DNA of 63,823 bases, filler included, from Rhabdomonas costata (lineage: Eukaryota), in NCBI GenBank assembly GCA_019059605.1. It is 41 parts of 41 records of this genome, joined end to end, with 100 filler letters (N's around TTAATTAATTAA, not from the genome) between each part and the next. Parts side by side here need not be neighbours in the genome. Positions count along the whole stretch, not along the records: positions 10,925 to 12,379 come from JAHMHO010015381.1; positions 12,480 to 13,939 come from JAHMHO010015382.1; positions 14,040 to 15,499 come from JAHMHO010015383.1; positions 15,600 to 17,059 come from JAHMHO010015384.1; positions 17,160 to 18,618 come from JAHMHO010015385.1; positions 18,719 to 20,176 come from JAHMHO010015386.1; positions 20,277 to 21,734 come from JAHMHO010015387.1; positions 21,835 to 23,291 come from JAHMHO010015388.1; 33 more parts are not named here. One strand, given 5' to 3'. The first letter of the stretch is position 1; every line of letters starts with the position of its first letter. Both the position numbers and the translations under genes were made by a program. Below, piece by piece: positions 11,670 to 23,637 of this stretch. The notes under the pieces are model-generated. The model was not told the origin of the DNA. It was given only the letters and a program-made list of their open reading frames with translations, and made no database searches.

Positions 11670-12479
11670 CTACGTGTTGGGAGGGCTGGTTGGCCCTGAC
11701 GCCGATCTGCAGGTGCGGCCTTGGCTGCCCTAAACGTGCCTATCATAACCAATCAAGGCTATAACAGCCCCACCCGCCAAAAGGGTGGACCCCCGCTCTC
11801 TTCCTACAATTTTTGCGCAATGCAACCGCAAAGTTGCCAAGAATGCCTCCCCTCCGTCAGGTTATGAATCCGCAGATGCTCCATGGCACGGAAACTAATG
11901 GTTTACGGACATCAGGAGGCCAACGGTCCCACGCACCCCCACAGCGCCTTTCATCTCTCTGTGTTCGTGTTCCCTTGATGCAACGCTTCTGATGATGATG
12001 ATGATGATAGCAGACGAACTCGACCAAAACCGACCATGAGGTGTTGCGCATAATTACTCCCTTCAGATGTCACAGTTGTCGAAACCCACCGCCACAGGTA
12101 CTGCAAAGAAATAATGCAACTATCAGAAGCGAGAGGGGCAGGGTGAAGATCTGTGGCACGACAAAAAGCTCACCAGCTCTGTACCTGTCACTCACCTCCG
12201 CGCAGGGAGACTGCTTCGCGGCCAAGCCGGCGCACAGATCCACCAGGGTTTGCATTAGGGGTTGGGCAGGCCCAAAGAAGAAAGATTCACAAAAGATGCA
12301 CCAGCCTGGCCCTCATGCACACCGTTCACAGCCACTCCACTCTACAGAAGGAAATCCACAAACCACCAAACACACCCACNNNNNNNNNNNNNNNNNNNNN
12401 NNNNNNNNNNNNNNNNNNNNNNNTTAATTAATTAANNNNNNNNNNNNNNNNNNNNNNNNNNNNNNNNNNNNNNNNNNNN

Positions 12480-13185
12480 TTTGTGGGAGGGGGTTAGCAT
12501 ACGAAGGGGAGGGAGGCTGTCGTGCCCCCAATTCCAGGCCCGTCCAGGCCTCGAAGGAGGGTCCAGGCTGCGGGGTGGTGAGGAAGGGGTGGTCCTGCAG
12601 GTCTCTCAGACTGGGCCGCTCCGTGGGGCTGCGGCGCAAACAGACAGCGACGAAGGCCCTGCACTCTGGGCTGACCTCCGGGCAGGGGCGGTGCGGGAAG
12701 AAGGCCCGAATGGTGGGCAGCAGGGCATCCCAGCACACCTCCCCCACACTCTCCGCGATGTGCCTGAGGCCAGAGAGGAAGGAGAAGGGGCTTTTTGGCT
12801 TTTGGTTTTCTTTTGGGTGTCAAATTCTCGATAGAGGTTTTCTTTTCTAAATTGCGAGCTAACTGAGAAATGCTGCTATGTTTGCTGTAAGGGCTGGGAA
12901 TAGAGTGTAACGCTAAGCCATGGCAGGACATCCCAGCACACCACGCATCGCACTCCATGATGCCTGAATAATAAGGGGCCTGCGGTGGTCCCGTTCGACG
13001 ATGAACTGGTATTCTCTCTCTCGACACGTGTCTTTGCGTCCAATTCGAACCTTCAACAAGCCGTACATGTGTGTGAGCGCATACAGAGAAAGGTCGAAGT
13101 AGTTCACTTCGGCAGAGAAGGGGTTCTCCGGGGACTCCGGAGAGAGCTCCTCGGAGTAAAACGGGAACACCCCCAGCGCGCATTC
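12480..13185 (-). CDS. Ser/Thr kinase C-lobe, MAP2K/STE-like (exons 13085-13185 and 12480-12763)
   Basis: ECALGVFPF...YFDLSL|HIAES...SPECRAFVAVCLRRSPTERPSLRDLQDHPFL corresponds to subdomains IX-XI. The GT-AG phase-2 intron joins the exons in frame. Confidence 0.85.
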
Positions 13186-14289
13186 CTGAGACAGACCACC
13201 ACGACACTCTAACCAAACCCGCTGGTCAAGAGGAAGAGATGACAGCAGGGCGCCAGCACACCGCCTTAGTTTTCGCGGTGTTTGCGAATCAAGTCGAATT
13301 CTGGGTCTCCTCTCCAGCACAGGATGCCCGAACCCAAACCCGAACAAAACTGAACTTCTTCAGGAAGAAACAAAGCGGTTTAGGGCGATTCTGCCGGCTG
13401 GAACAAACACAGGCCAACTTGCATGAGATATTGTACTTACCCTGCAGTCCGATTCTTCATGCCCCCACCCCCACCCCACGCCGCCATAAACTCGGAATTC
13501 AAACTGTGGTGGAAATGCCACGAAGGCGCTGAATTCGAAACTCACGAACCCGCTTGGAAGGCGCTGAAGTTACGCCCGAAGAACCTCACTGCCGCGCGAG
13601 CTGCCCAATCAACTCTGGGAAACCGGGAATGACCCCAGGAAACGTACAAGTTCAAAGTAATAAACAGGACGTCTAGGGGGCGACCTATCTAGCCTGGCTT
13701 GCACAGCCCCACACACCTGGTACAGTCCTGCACCTCTTGTGTGCGGGAGGGTCCCACACAAAGCTGGGCATTGGGGCCTTGAGAGGTTCCGGGTATAGGG
13801 GTATCTTGGTGGTCCCATGGGACTGGACTATGGGGCCTAAAGGTACCTTTTCATAGCAAACATAAACACACATGCCCGCACTTGCACGTACCGCGCAGGT
13901 CACTCCAAGGCTCCACACCCCCCCCCAACACACCCAACANNNNNNNNNNNNNNNNNNNNNNNNNNNNNNNNNNNNNNNNNNNNTTAATTAATTAANNNNN
14001 NNNNNNNNNNNNNNNNNNNNNNNNNNNNNNNNNNNNNNNGTTGTGGTGGGTTCCACAGGTGATTAGTCTCTTCCATATTTGATTCCATAGGTTGTTATTC
14101 CACTGTTAAAATAAAATAGGTCATTCATAGCTAATTAGGACCAACTGGTCAGAGAAAAGGCTCAGAATCGTAGGTGTAAGGTCAAAAGAACGTTGCTGGG
14201 ATGGAGGTAGATAACTTTATTAAGGAAGTGGATCACATTATCGGTGGTCCACTGTATTCTATATGTGTATGCTATATGTATAAGTGTAT

Positions 14290-15020
14290 GCTGTACCTTT
14301 TCTACTGCGGAGGATGAATAATTGAGCAAGCAACTTAAGGGTCTCCAGGAGCTTGGTTTTATGGAACCAACAACTTCTCATTGTGGAGCAGGAGTGCTTA
14401 TCGTTACCAAGGCAAATGGTAATTTCCAGCTCTGAGTGGATTACAGACAGTTGAATGCAATGACTATTACATATGTGTTACGAAAAAGTTACAGCATTAT
14501 CTATCATGCGTTGAATTAGAAGATGTTTTCAAACTTTACTTGCATGTCATCTTTCATCACATCCGCATCAATTTAGAACATGTTTAGAGAAAGGCATTAC
14601 AAGCGGAGTTTGGTTCGTTTCAGTAAGAGTTGTGCCGCTTGTGATGTGCAATCACACCATGTTACATAAGCATTGACTTTATTTTTGAGGATTTGCGAGA
14701 CACAACACGTGCGTGCGTGTACTCTGGAGCCCATGTTGAATAGTTGCGTGTGTTATTCCAGTGTTTTAATAAAGAAAAGCTTATTTTTCAAATACTTTGA
14801 AGGAAAGCTTATTGCAAATACACGCTTGCACACCCAGAAGTCATGTATAGTAGATTTTTGTGGGAAGAAATGGGGAAAAATATCGTCGCCGTACCATCCG
14901 CAGACAAACAGGACATATGAAGGGACCAAAAAGATCATGAATCAGGTGATAAAATAGCTAATTTATTTGCACCCAGGCACAATATGGGTGAATAATTTGG
15001 CCATTGTTGCAAGGCCAATA
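14290..15020 (+). mobile_element. Decayed Ty3/gypsy pol fragment: RT followed by integrase core, RNase H apparently deleted
   Basis: QLKGLQELGFMEPTTSHCGAGVLIVTKANGNFQL*VDYRQLNAMTI; KLYLHVIFHHIRINLEHV*RKALQAEFGSFQ..VVPL; then SSPYHPQTNRTYEGTKKIMNQVIK*...WVNNL. Confidence 0.85.
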
Positions 15021-15287
15021 TTGGAGTCCCATTCATATCTATCTAGCAACAGTAGCGTAACATACCGGAAGCCAGTGGACACGTTCAGCGCGTACAACAT
15101 CACCACCCACACCGTCAGAAGCATCCACGTTAAACTCGAAGCGCATTACCGCTGTTACGACATTGGAAGCGCGTGTCCTTGTGCTGCTTGTTATGCACAC
15201 CTGTTGGTGTTTTGAAGCGTTGAAGATGCAAATGTTTGTGCTGGAAGACACGAAGGGCATTGGTATGAGAGCGTGACACGTGCCCAT

Positions 15288-15323
<36 letters not shown>

Positions 15324-16182
15324 ACACGTGGAGCCGTGTGCTTTCTTCGTGGCCGGATGGCTCCCAAAGAATTGTGCGGTGGGGGTGGGGATGGGAGACG
15401 GCGCACGGCGTCGGCGTAGCTGCGTGGAGTGGGTTCTCAATGAGTGTGACGCGGGCTCCCTGGGGCGCATATGGTGTGAACCGCGGTTCACACCAACCCN
15501 NNNNNNNNNNNNNNNNNNNNNNNNNNNNNNNNNNNNNNNNNNNTTAATTAATTAANNNNNNNNNNNNNNNNNNNNNNNNNNNNNNNNNNNNNNNNNNNNT
15601 TTTGATTTGGAGGGTTTGTGCTCTGATGAGGAAAAGTTGTTCTCTTTCCTTACCAATGACGCTACTCTCTGTGCTTCTGTGCCCAGTAAGTTTAGGCACG
15701 CCATATAATATTCCCGATCACCCACCATGGATGGGTTGGCTGTCCTCCGGTCGCCTTTGCGCACCCATTCGATGTTTATTAACATGGTTCATCAGTTGCT
15801 CTCTGGAAAAAAGAGGGCACATGTTCGTCATTCATAACCAAACCTGGCATCAGTGCCGGTAATTTTGCGGTCCTGGGCTTTCTTTTCTCTCCCCCGTGTG
15901 ACAGGTTGACTGCCAGATTCAATGTCTTCCGGCGGCAGTACTGCGGTATCCCTCCTCTGGGGTGCTGCCCGTCTACCACCCCACACGAGAGTTCCCCAGC
16001 GCTGTGGTAAATCAGGTTCACCCCCCCCTCCGCTCGCATTTTCACTAACCGCTAGGAATGGTTTGTGTCTGAAAAGACGTCTGGCACTGGACCATGCGCT
16101 GGCGTGTTTTGGAGGACATTTATTATTCTTATTGGAACGCTTTTTGCCCCTCGCCCGCCGTATCAAGTGCTTGCAGAGACCA

Positions 16183-16400
16183 ATGCATCCTGGTAAAAAT
16201 TCCTACGAACCACGTGCATCACAACCTAACCCCCTGAAAAAGCTTCCAAAGCTTGTATTGCAATCCCAAGGGACGCGTGCAGCACAACCTAACCTCCTGG
16301 AAGTTCTTCTATCAGAACCGGGGAACCGTGCATCGCCCCCTAACCCCCTGCGAAGCTTCTATTGGAATCCCGGGAGGCACATGCATCACCTCGTACCCCG
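16183..16400. repeat. Degenerate minisatellite, about 4 units of 51-63 bp
   Basis: The motif (g/a)tgca.c.c...cctaacc.cctg...cttc recurs at about 16215, 16278, 16328 and 16381. Confidence 0.7.
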
Positions 16401-18718
16401 CTGCACTATCAAATAGGCGCCCCCAAAAAGGGTGGACCCACCCCACTGAGCGGGGCCCTAAATGCACTTGATAGGGGTGAGGGCGCAATTGCACTGGTAT
16501 CTTTATATGGTTTCTGTTCGGAAACTTTTATTTCGCGTCTGCGATGCTAACCATTTTTACAACCTGAACTAACGACCATATGATTCTTAACCATTGCGAG
16601 AGTATGTGCGATGAAGCACACATCAGTTTAATGGGCTAACCATCAATTTTCTTCAACGAGCAACGTTTTTTCTTGTCGAAAACCTCTATAACCTCAATGC
16701 CTCAAAAACCTCAATAATGGGTTGCGACACAGCGTCGAACGCGATGAGATGTGGACAGTATCTTACACTCTCACCAGAAGTATTACATTTGTGGTCTTCC
16801 TAGTCATAATGGCTTTGCTTTACTGATTCGTGACGGACGCAGCTGTCTTGAAACCTTCTTCTCTATATATATAGGACTGCATATTGACCGCCCAAGGCCC
16901 CCCCAAGGTACATATCTGACGACGATCTACGGTGCATTCTGATGGTGTGGGCGAAATTTTGGAGAAAATTCACTGCTCCAAAAACGTTTTTTGTACGATT
17001 CGCCTGGAAACGCGGAAATGCGGCCTTTTCTACACCACCCACCAAACACTCCTAACTCANNNNNNNNNNNNNNNNNNNNNNNNNNNNNNNNNNNNNNNNN
17101 NNNTTAATTAATTAANNNNNNNNNNNNNNNNNNNNNNNNNNNNNNNNNNNNNNNNNNNNTGTGTGTGGGGGTTAGGACGACTTTTTTCGGGTTAGGAGGC
17201 ATTGTTTTCTTTCATTTTAGCCATGTTTATTTTGTTTGATTTGGAGAAACTGTGGGAGTACGCTGCTCACTGCTACAGTGTATCAAGGACGGTTACTTCC
17301 TTGACTTTGGCTGTGCTCACTTCTGGCTCGTCTAGAGCACCCATGCCATAGATGTATAGTTAGTTTCTCTTATCGCTGTTCTGGGGGTTCCACCAGGTGG
17401 GCCTATCTAGCCTCTTCAGCCGACCTCCGGAGCTTCACCGATCGTCGGGGCCTTATCGGAAATGGGGGGAGGGGTATGTTTCACAGCGCCAGGTGAAGTT
17501 TGATCGATGATTAAACTTCGAGTTCGGGAGTTGAGATGAGGGCGGTGGGAAAGCAATTCGTACGGCTCGTAGCAGTTCTGTGCATCAATAGATTGCAACG
17601 TTTGGCTGTGGACGTGTTTCATCGCTTTCGCTTTTCTTTGACCGAAAGTGGGTTGGTGTCTCGTGGTGGCTTTTTCCGCACGAAGTTAGAAAGGCCAGAA
17701 GACAGCCTCTGGCAATGGTTGGTTTCCCGAGATATGTTCTCCCGCCTGGCAGTGTTCACCAGAGGCGGTATTCACGGGTTTGGCTTTCCATTTCTGGGAT
17801 GGTGTGCGGGCTCAAGGAGGACCGGGAAGACACTGGCTCCCAAGGCTCCTCTTCCAGTCTAATCTCTTTCATAGGTTCAGTGTAGAGCTGAACATGGCGC
17901 CTGTGTGAGAGCTTGTCTTTTCGGATTTTGGTGCCTAATTATTTAATTAGATTTCGAACGAGTGGAGGGGAGCGTGTGTATTGTGTGTGCGTTTTTTTCT
18001 TTTCACCCTATCATCTGCAATTTAGTTACGTGCATGCATAGATTGAATGCCTGGAAGTGACCTCCCCCACCCACTTTCCACCAATGTCGTTCTTCCATGC
18101 GTTTTGGGACATGACGTCAACGGGTCCTTAAGGAAGCCAGAAGCCGTCTGAAGAACCCCTCGCCCTTTCTGCACGTTCCGTGCCTTCCCAGCATGTTTAT
18201 TCTTAAATCACGAATACCACCCCCACACCAACTGCCATCACATGAAGATATTTTTGGTTGACCAAATTAATTTGAAGCAATGGAGGAAGTGACTTTTGTC
18301 TGAACATCCTGCAGGCGTCTCCCTGGAAGGAGCCCTCGCTGGGCAGCTCCAGTCGGGTGTTCCCTGCATCCCGGCCCTGGCCTTGTCTCCGAGCTACAGG
18401 TCCCACCACACCTCTGGCAATACTCTTCAGAGCAGTGTCCTTCGGCGCCGTAGTACGATGCGTCCATTGTGTTTTCTCGATACCTTTGCAATGTTTCGAC
18501 CCGTTCAAACGGTGCTTCGCCGTGTGCCGCTCATGTTAAGTTTTCTGGCCGCCCTTCATTTTCATAGTCCCACCTAGAAATGGAGCAAGGATCCCGGTCC
18601 CCGAATCACCACACACCCNNNNNNNNNNNNNNNNNNNNNNNNNNNNNNNNNNNNNNNNNNNNTTAATTAATTAANNNNNNNNNNNNNNNNNNNNNNNNNN
18701 NNNNNNNNNNNNNNNNNN

Positions 18719-20176
18719 TGTTTTGGGACCGGGACCGAGAGCGAAACCGAAACCGAGACCAGACGTGCCAATGCCAAAGTCCACCGTACCATTCTCCTTG
18801 TCAGCGCATATGCCGAAAGCATTCTAACTGTGTAGGGGAGCGGCGAGTTATCTCCAGCTCAGCTCAATGCCTACCAGTGTTGTCATCATAGAAACCATCT
18901 CCTTGTAGCCCGCGCGGAAAACCGAACACCTAATGCAAAGACTGAACGGAGAATGCAAGGTTCACACACCAAATGCAAAGACACAACTCAGAACCCGAAT
19001 CCAGAACCCAGAACACCAACTCAGAAATCCAACCCCAAATGCAAAAATCAAAACACAAAGACACAGCGGAAATCCAAACCCCTCCATCACCATCCCACTA
19101 CACCCCCAGGGGCACCACCACCTACTACGGATGGGCCTCGTGCCTCGGCACTAAGGCACCACTAACTGTACTTGCCAACTCACGACACCAACTTCACCTC
19201 GCCACACCGCTACTCAACTTGCTCGCAGTAAACGGGTCCTCTAGCTCAGCTTCAGCGCACACGTTGAGTTGGGCGTCCCCTTCCGTTCCGTGATGGCCTA
19301 CCCTCCAGAGTCCTACCCACGCTCCCACAGTTTCACCGCCACGCCTCCACGCAACGCCTTCCATCGCCTTGCCGTCACGCCCACGCCACGAATACTGACA
19401 TATAGTTCACCTACCCCGTTCCTCCTACACGTAGCAATGATGCGCCATACCGTGGGTGAGCTCATCGAATAGTTGTTGGCCTACGGAACCTTGAGAGACG
19501 ACCTAACTCCTACCCGACTTCAACACGCGCACGCTGGAACGAAGCAACCACGAAACACGCAGAAGTAGTAGATCATGGAACCCCAACGAACCCTCACCGC
19601 ATCCATCCTCGACGAACCCGAACCCAAACCCGAGACACGAACCAGAAGCGGAACCAGAGCCAGAGACACGAACCCGAGACAGAAGGCCAAAACCGAGACC
19701 GAGACCGAGAGCGAAACCGAAACCGAGAGCGAGACCAAACGTGCCAATGCCAAAGTCCACCGTACCATTCTCCTTGTCGGCGCATATGCCGAAAGCATTC
19801 TAAGTGTGTGGGGTAGCGGCGAGTTATCTCCAGCTCAGCTCAATGCCTACCAGTGTTGTCATCATAGAAACCATCTCCTTGTAGCCTGCGCGGAAACCCG
19901 ATCCCATAATGCAAAGACAGAACCCCGAATGCAAAGACCCGAAACGCAAACACCCAACCCCAAATGCAAAGACACAACTCAGAAACCGAATCCAGAACCC
20001 AGAACCACAATTCGGAAATCCAACCCCAAATGCAAAAATCAAAACACAAAGACACAACGGAAATCCAAACCCCTCCATCACCATCCCACTACACCCCCAG
20101 GGGCACCACCACCTACTACGGATGGGCCTCGTGCCTCGACACGACGGCACCACTAACTGTACTTGCCAACACACAA
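18719..20176. repeat. Composite tandem repeat, unit about 980 bp (1.5 copies), strongly A/C-skewed on the + strand
   Basis: 18725-19179 recurs at about 19695-20170 with few differences (cgtgccaatgccaaagtccaccgtacc at 18764 and 19740). Internal (GARACC)n and aaatgcaaa sub-repeats. Confidence 0.93.
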
Positions 20177-20585
20177 NNNNNNNNNNNNNNNNNNNNNNNN
20201 NNNNNNNNNNNNNNNNNNNNTTAATTAATTAANNNNNNNNNNNNNNNNNNNNNNNNNNNNNNNNNNNNNNNNNNNNGTGTGGGGGTTAGGGTGATGAAAA
20301 AACTGGATTTTACCTGGAGGTTTTGCTTCTTTTCGGCCTGTGCTTTGGGCGTCCATTCCTAGGTCTTACTTTTGACATGGCGGGGGTCATATGATACAAT
20401 GATACAACCCGCGCAAGAAGCATTCCCCGCCTCCGAAAAAAGGCTCACAACCAAGACGTTCATGAGGAATCAATTTACCAAACAAAAACAAATAAAAATG
20501 GACCCCCGCCCTTCGCTTCTGCAAGCACTTCCGCCTGCTCACTGTTGGTTTTCGGGGTTCGGAGAGAGGTAGAAGGCCACAGAAC

Positions 20586-21624
20586 CGTAAGTGCCGTGAG
20601 CCAGATCACGGTGTCGATTAGCTTGGCGTTGCGGAACCCCGAGACGGCGATCAGGGAAAACCCGGCCAGGCCCCCGCAAATGATCGCGAGCACAATGAAG
20701 GCTCGAGAGGCAATCAGGTAGGATGAGCAGTGCGTGTCCAAGGAGTCATACACGCACGACCTACCCTGCACAAAAACCGAGAAAGAAAAGAGAAACTGAG
20801 AGAGCACTTCAATAAATACGTGTGTGAGTGAGCGAGCCACACTACACATCCATCATCCCAGAAGAGGAAAATAACCTGGCAGACGACAACTCTGATGTTG
20901 TATTCATAGTTTGATGAGGGCTGAGCCGAAGCAGGCCTGGGTCTTTTGTATATACAGCATGCCTCCCGAAACGCTGCGTGGCCGGTCCTTGGGGTCAGAT
21001 CTTTAATCCGTCTTTCAAAACCTGCACCTCCTGCGAAACGCAGCGAAGGGATTATTATGGTAACCTGTGAAGCGAGACTGTATTGGCAAGCGAGAGTGGG
21101 AGCGATCAATATGAGTTGAAAATACCCAACAGCACAAGGGTGATGGTGATAGCAAGGTGACAACACAGAACTCACTAGCGATGAGAAAAAAGTTAAGATG
21201 GGGCGAAAGAACAGGAAGCAGGTGGGAGTGGGGGAACCACAAGTCTTAAAAATCTTGACCATCGACCATCTTGTGCAATTAAGGCGCGCGGAGAGAAGCT
21301 CAAATTGAATCACAACACAAACTGCCCTTGCACCCACAATGATTGGTACGAAGACAACTTCGATTCGAGATTCGAGCGGGGGACAGATTGATGATGTTCG
21401 GCGCTGTTCGAAGCGCATGGAATGAGTGACACACAGAATGACACAGGCCCACATACCGTGCAAAACCACCACAGCCCCACACGGAACTCCGGACCGCCAG
21501 GTTGAGTGGTGTAGTGGGCCCAGCCCTTACCCGAGGCCGAGGCGATCCCAAAGGCCCAGGTCAGCGACAGCAGGATGAAGCTGGCGATGGTGGGCAGGCG
21601 GGAGTCCACAATCACCGTCGGCAT
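20586..21624 (-). CDS. Claudin/PMP22/amastin-superfamily membrane protein, exons 21457-21624 and 20586-20765 (3' incomplete)
   Basis: ATG, TM1, then W-x14-GLWWFC-x4-C, followed by CSSYLIASRAFIVLAIICGGLAGFSL (TM2) and TM3. Phase-0 GT-AG intron. Confidence 0.8.
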
Positions 21625-22808
21625 GGTTCTGTATTGTCCCGCTTGTTACTGCGGATGTGTCACAGGGAGGAAAACACGGTCAGAGTTGCGGCTGGAAAAA
21701 ACAGAAAATAAAGAACAATAAAGAACAACACACANNNNNNNNNNNNNNNNNNNNNNNNNNNNNNNNNNNNNNNNNNNNTTAATTAATTAANNNNNNNNNN
21801 NNNNNNNNNNNNNNNNNNNNNNNNNNNNNNNNNNGTATTGTAGCTGTATTAGTTGTGGTTGTGAACCGGGCTGTGCTTGCACTGTTGCTGCGTAAGTGCT
21901 GTGCAAGTCCCAGCCCTCTTAAATGGATGATAGAGGCAGAAGTGGTAGACAAAGTCTGACCCAGCCAGCCACCGTGCATAATCAGAGCCCGCAGAAGTCA
22001 AGACACCAGGTTTCCCCTTGCAGATCTCGTAACCCCTTCCACTTCTGTTCGTTACCCTACGTTATATATGGTTAGTAGGTCGTGCACTCCTGCACCCACA
22101 TTGCGGGCATCCTCAGCATAGGTGGAGGGTATGTCGAGGTCATGCTGAGGGGGTAGGTGTAGGTGCGTAGGATGTGGGCTTAGGCTGAGGGGTGGTGTGG
22201 ACTTAGGGGTAGAGTGGGTAGTGTGCGTAGGATCTGGGCGTAAGGTGGGGGTACGTGGAGGATCAGGGTCACTTTTCATCAGGGGGTAATTTTTCGCGTT
22301 TGCCTTTGGGTTTTGGATTTTGGTCTCAGGTTTCGATTTCTGCCTTCGGTCTCTGGGTTCGGTATTCGGTATTTTTGTTTCCATGGGAGGTGTTGTATGG
22401 GGCTGGGTTTACACGCATGGATTTGAGTACGCAAGGAACGCAACAGGTTGACCACTGGAACACGGAGTTCTAAGTCACAGGACTGGTGTCTGAGGCCCCG
22501 CTGGGAGCACCTCAATAGACTCTCCAACGAAGACGGTAAATGTTGCCGCATTGAAGCATGGGGTAGAAAAGACCGAGCGACTCGGTGCCTCCGTGATGGT
22601 CAACTCCAGACGTGTGCTCTGCGCCAGGTTCACGGCAATAGAAGCGTGGGATTTACGCCATTGTCGTGGGAGGCCTCAAGCGAAAGTAAATAGGTTACCT
22701 CTCTAGCATGTCCAGGCCTTCGGTTTCGGTTTCGGTTTCGCGTCTCTGGGTTCGGGTTCGGTGAGCGTGACTTCGTGAGGGTATCGTGGGTAGTGTATCT
22801 GGTAGTGT

Positions 22809-23291
22809 ATCGCGGTGAGGGTATGGGGTTCGTGAGGGTGTCGGTGGGTTCGGTGGGTTGGGTTCGCGTGTCATGGGTAGGGGTGAGGGTTCTAGCGCTT
22901 CAGACAAGGATTGTTATGCAACCTTGACCAACCTGTGGCGTGATCACACAACTCGCCCCACCCAACCCCAGACTCTAAGGCGTAGCAATAGGAGCTGAGC
23001 AACCTGTACCGTTCCTCCTGAGCCATCCTCTCTGGTAACAACACCCGAAGTCGATAACGAAGACCAGCTACTCACGTAAGTCCTTGGAAAGTGGCATCCG
23101 TGACCACAGCCAAGCTCCGATCGCCGAAGAACACACAACAGGGAACCCGCACAGCACCAACCAAGCCCACACGCAACGTAGCATCACCATCCTTGTCTGA
23201 AGCGCTAGAACCGTCACCCCTACCCATGACACGAGAACCCAACCCACCGAACCCACCGACACCCTCACGAACCCCATACCCTCACCGCGAT
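22809..23291. repeat. Long inverted repeat (arms 22809-22911 and 23189-23291) within a strand-skewed repeat related to 18719-20176
   Basis: Arms of about 103 bp are reverse complements with two internal mismatches around a loop of about 280 nt. Nearby (GGTTTC)n and ctctgggttcgg motifs mirror the other contig's sub-repeats. Confidence 0.88.
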
Positions 23292-23637
23292 NNNNNNNNN
23301 NNNNNNNNNNNNNNNNNNNNNNNNNNNNNNNNNNNTTAATTAATTAANNNNNNNNNNNNNNNNNNNNNNNNNNNNNNNNNNNNNNNNNNNNACACACACA
23401 AAACCAAAAGAGGGCTCTGAGAAGAATAGTTTTCGGCGGCATTGTCTGAGCTTTTTTGCTTTCGCCACAAAAGTTACATGCATTTAAATGGGTGAGTGGC
23501 AGTTATGCCGCGGTTGGGGTATATAGGCGAGGTTCCTTGCGTACAGATAGAAAATTGCTGAACAAATTACAAATTACCAATGAATTGCTGGGGAAGGAAA
23601 CACCGACATCCACAGAGACGATATGGAACATCTAAAT

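Noticed and set aside
19180-19570. Cassettes as diplonemid-style mitochondrial gene modules
   Set aside because: The frames I translated showed no similarity to cox, cob, nad or atp proteins or to rRNA.
19575-20156. 193-aa ORF with ETETES repeats
   Set aside because: It is a by-product of the T-poor tandem repeat, and the equivalent frame in the first copy has a stop (gtgtag versus gtgtgg).
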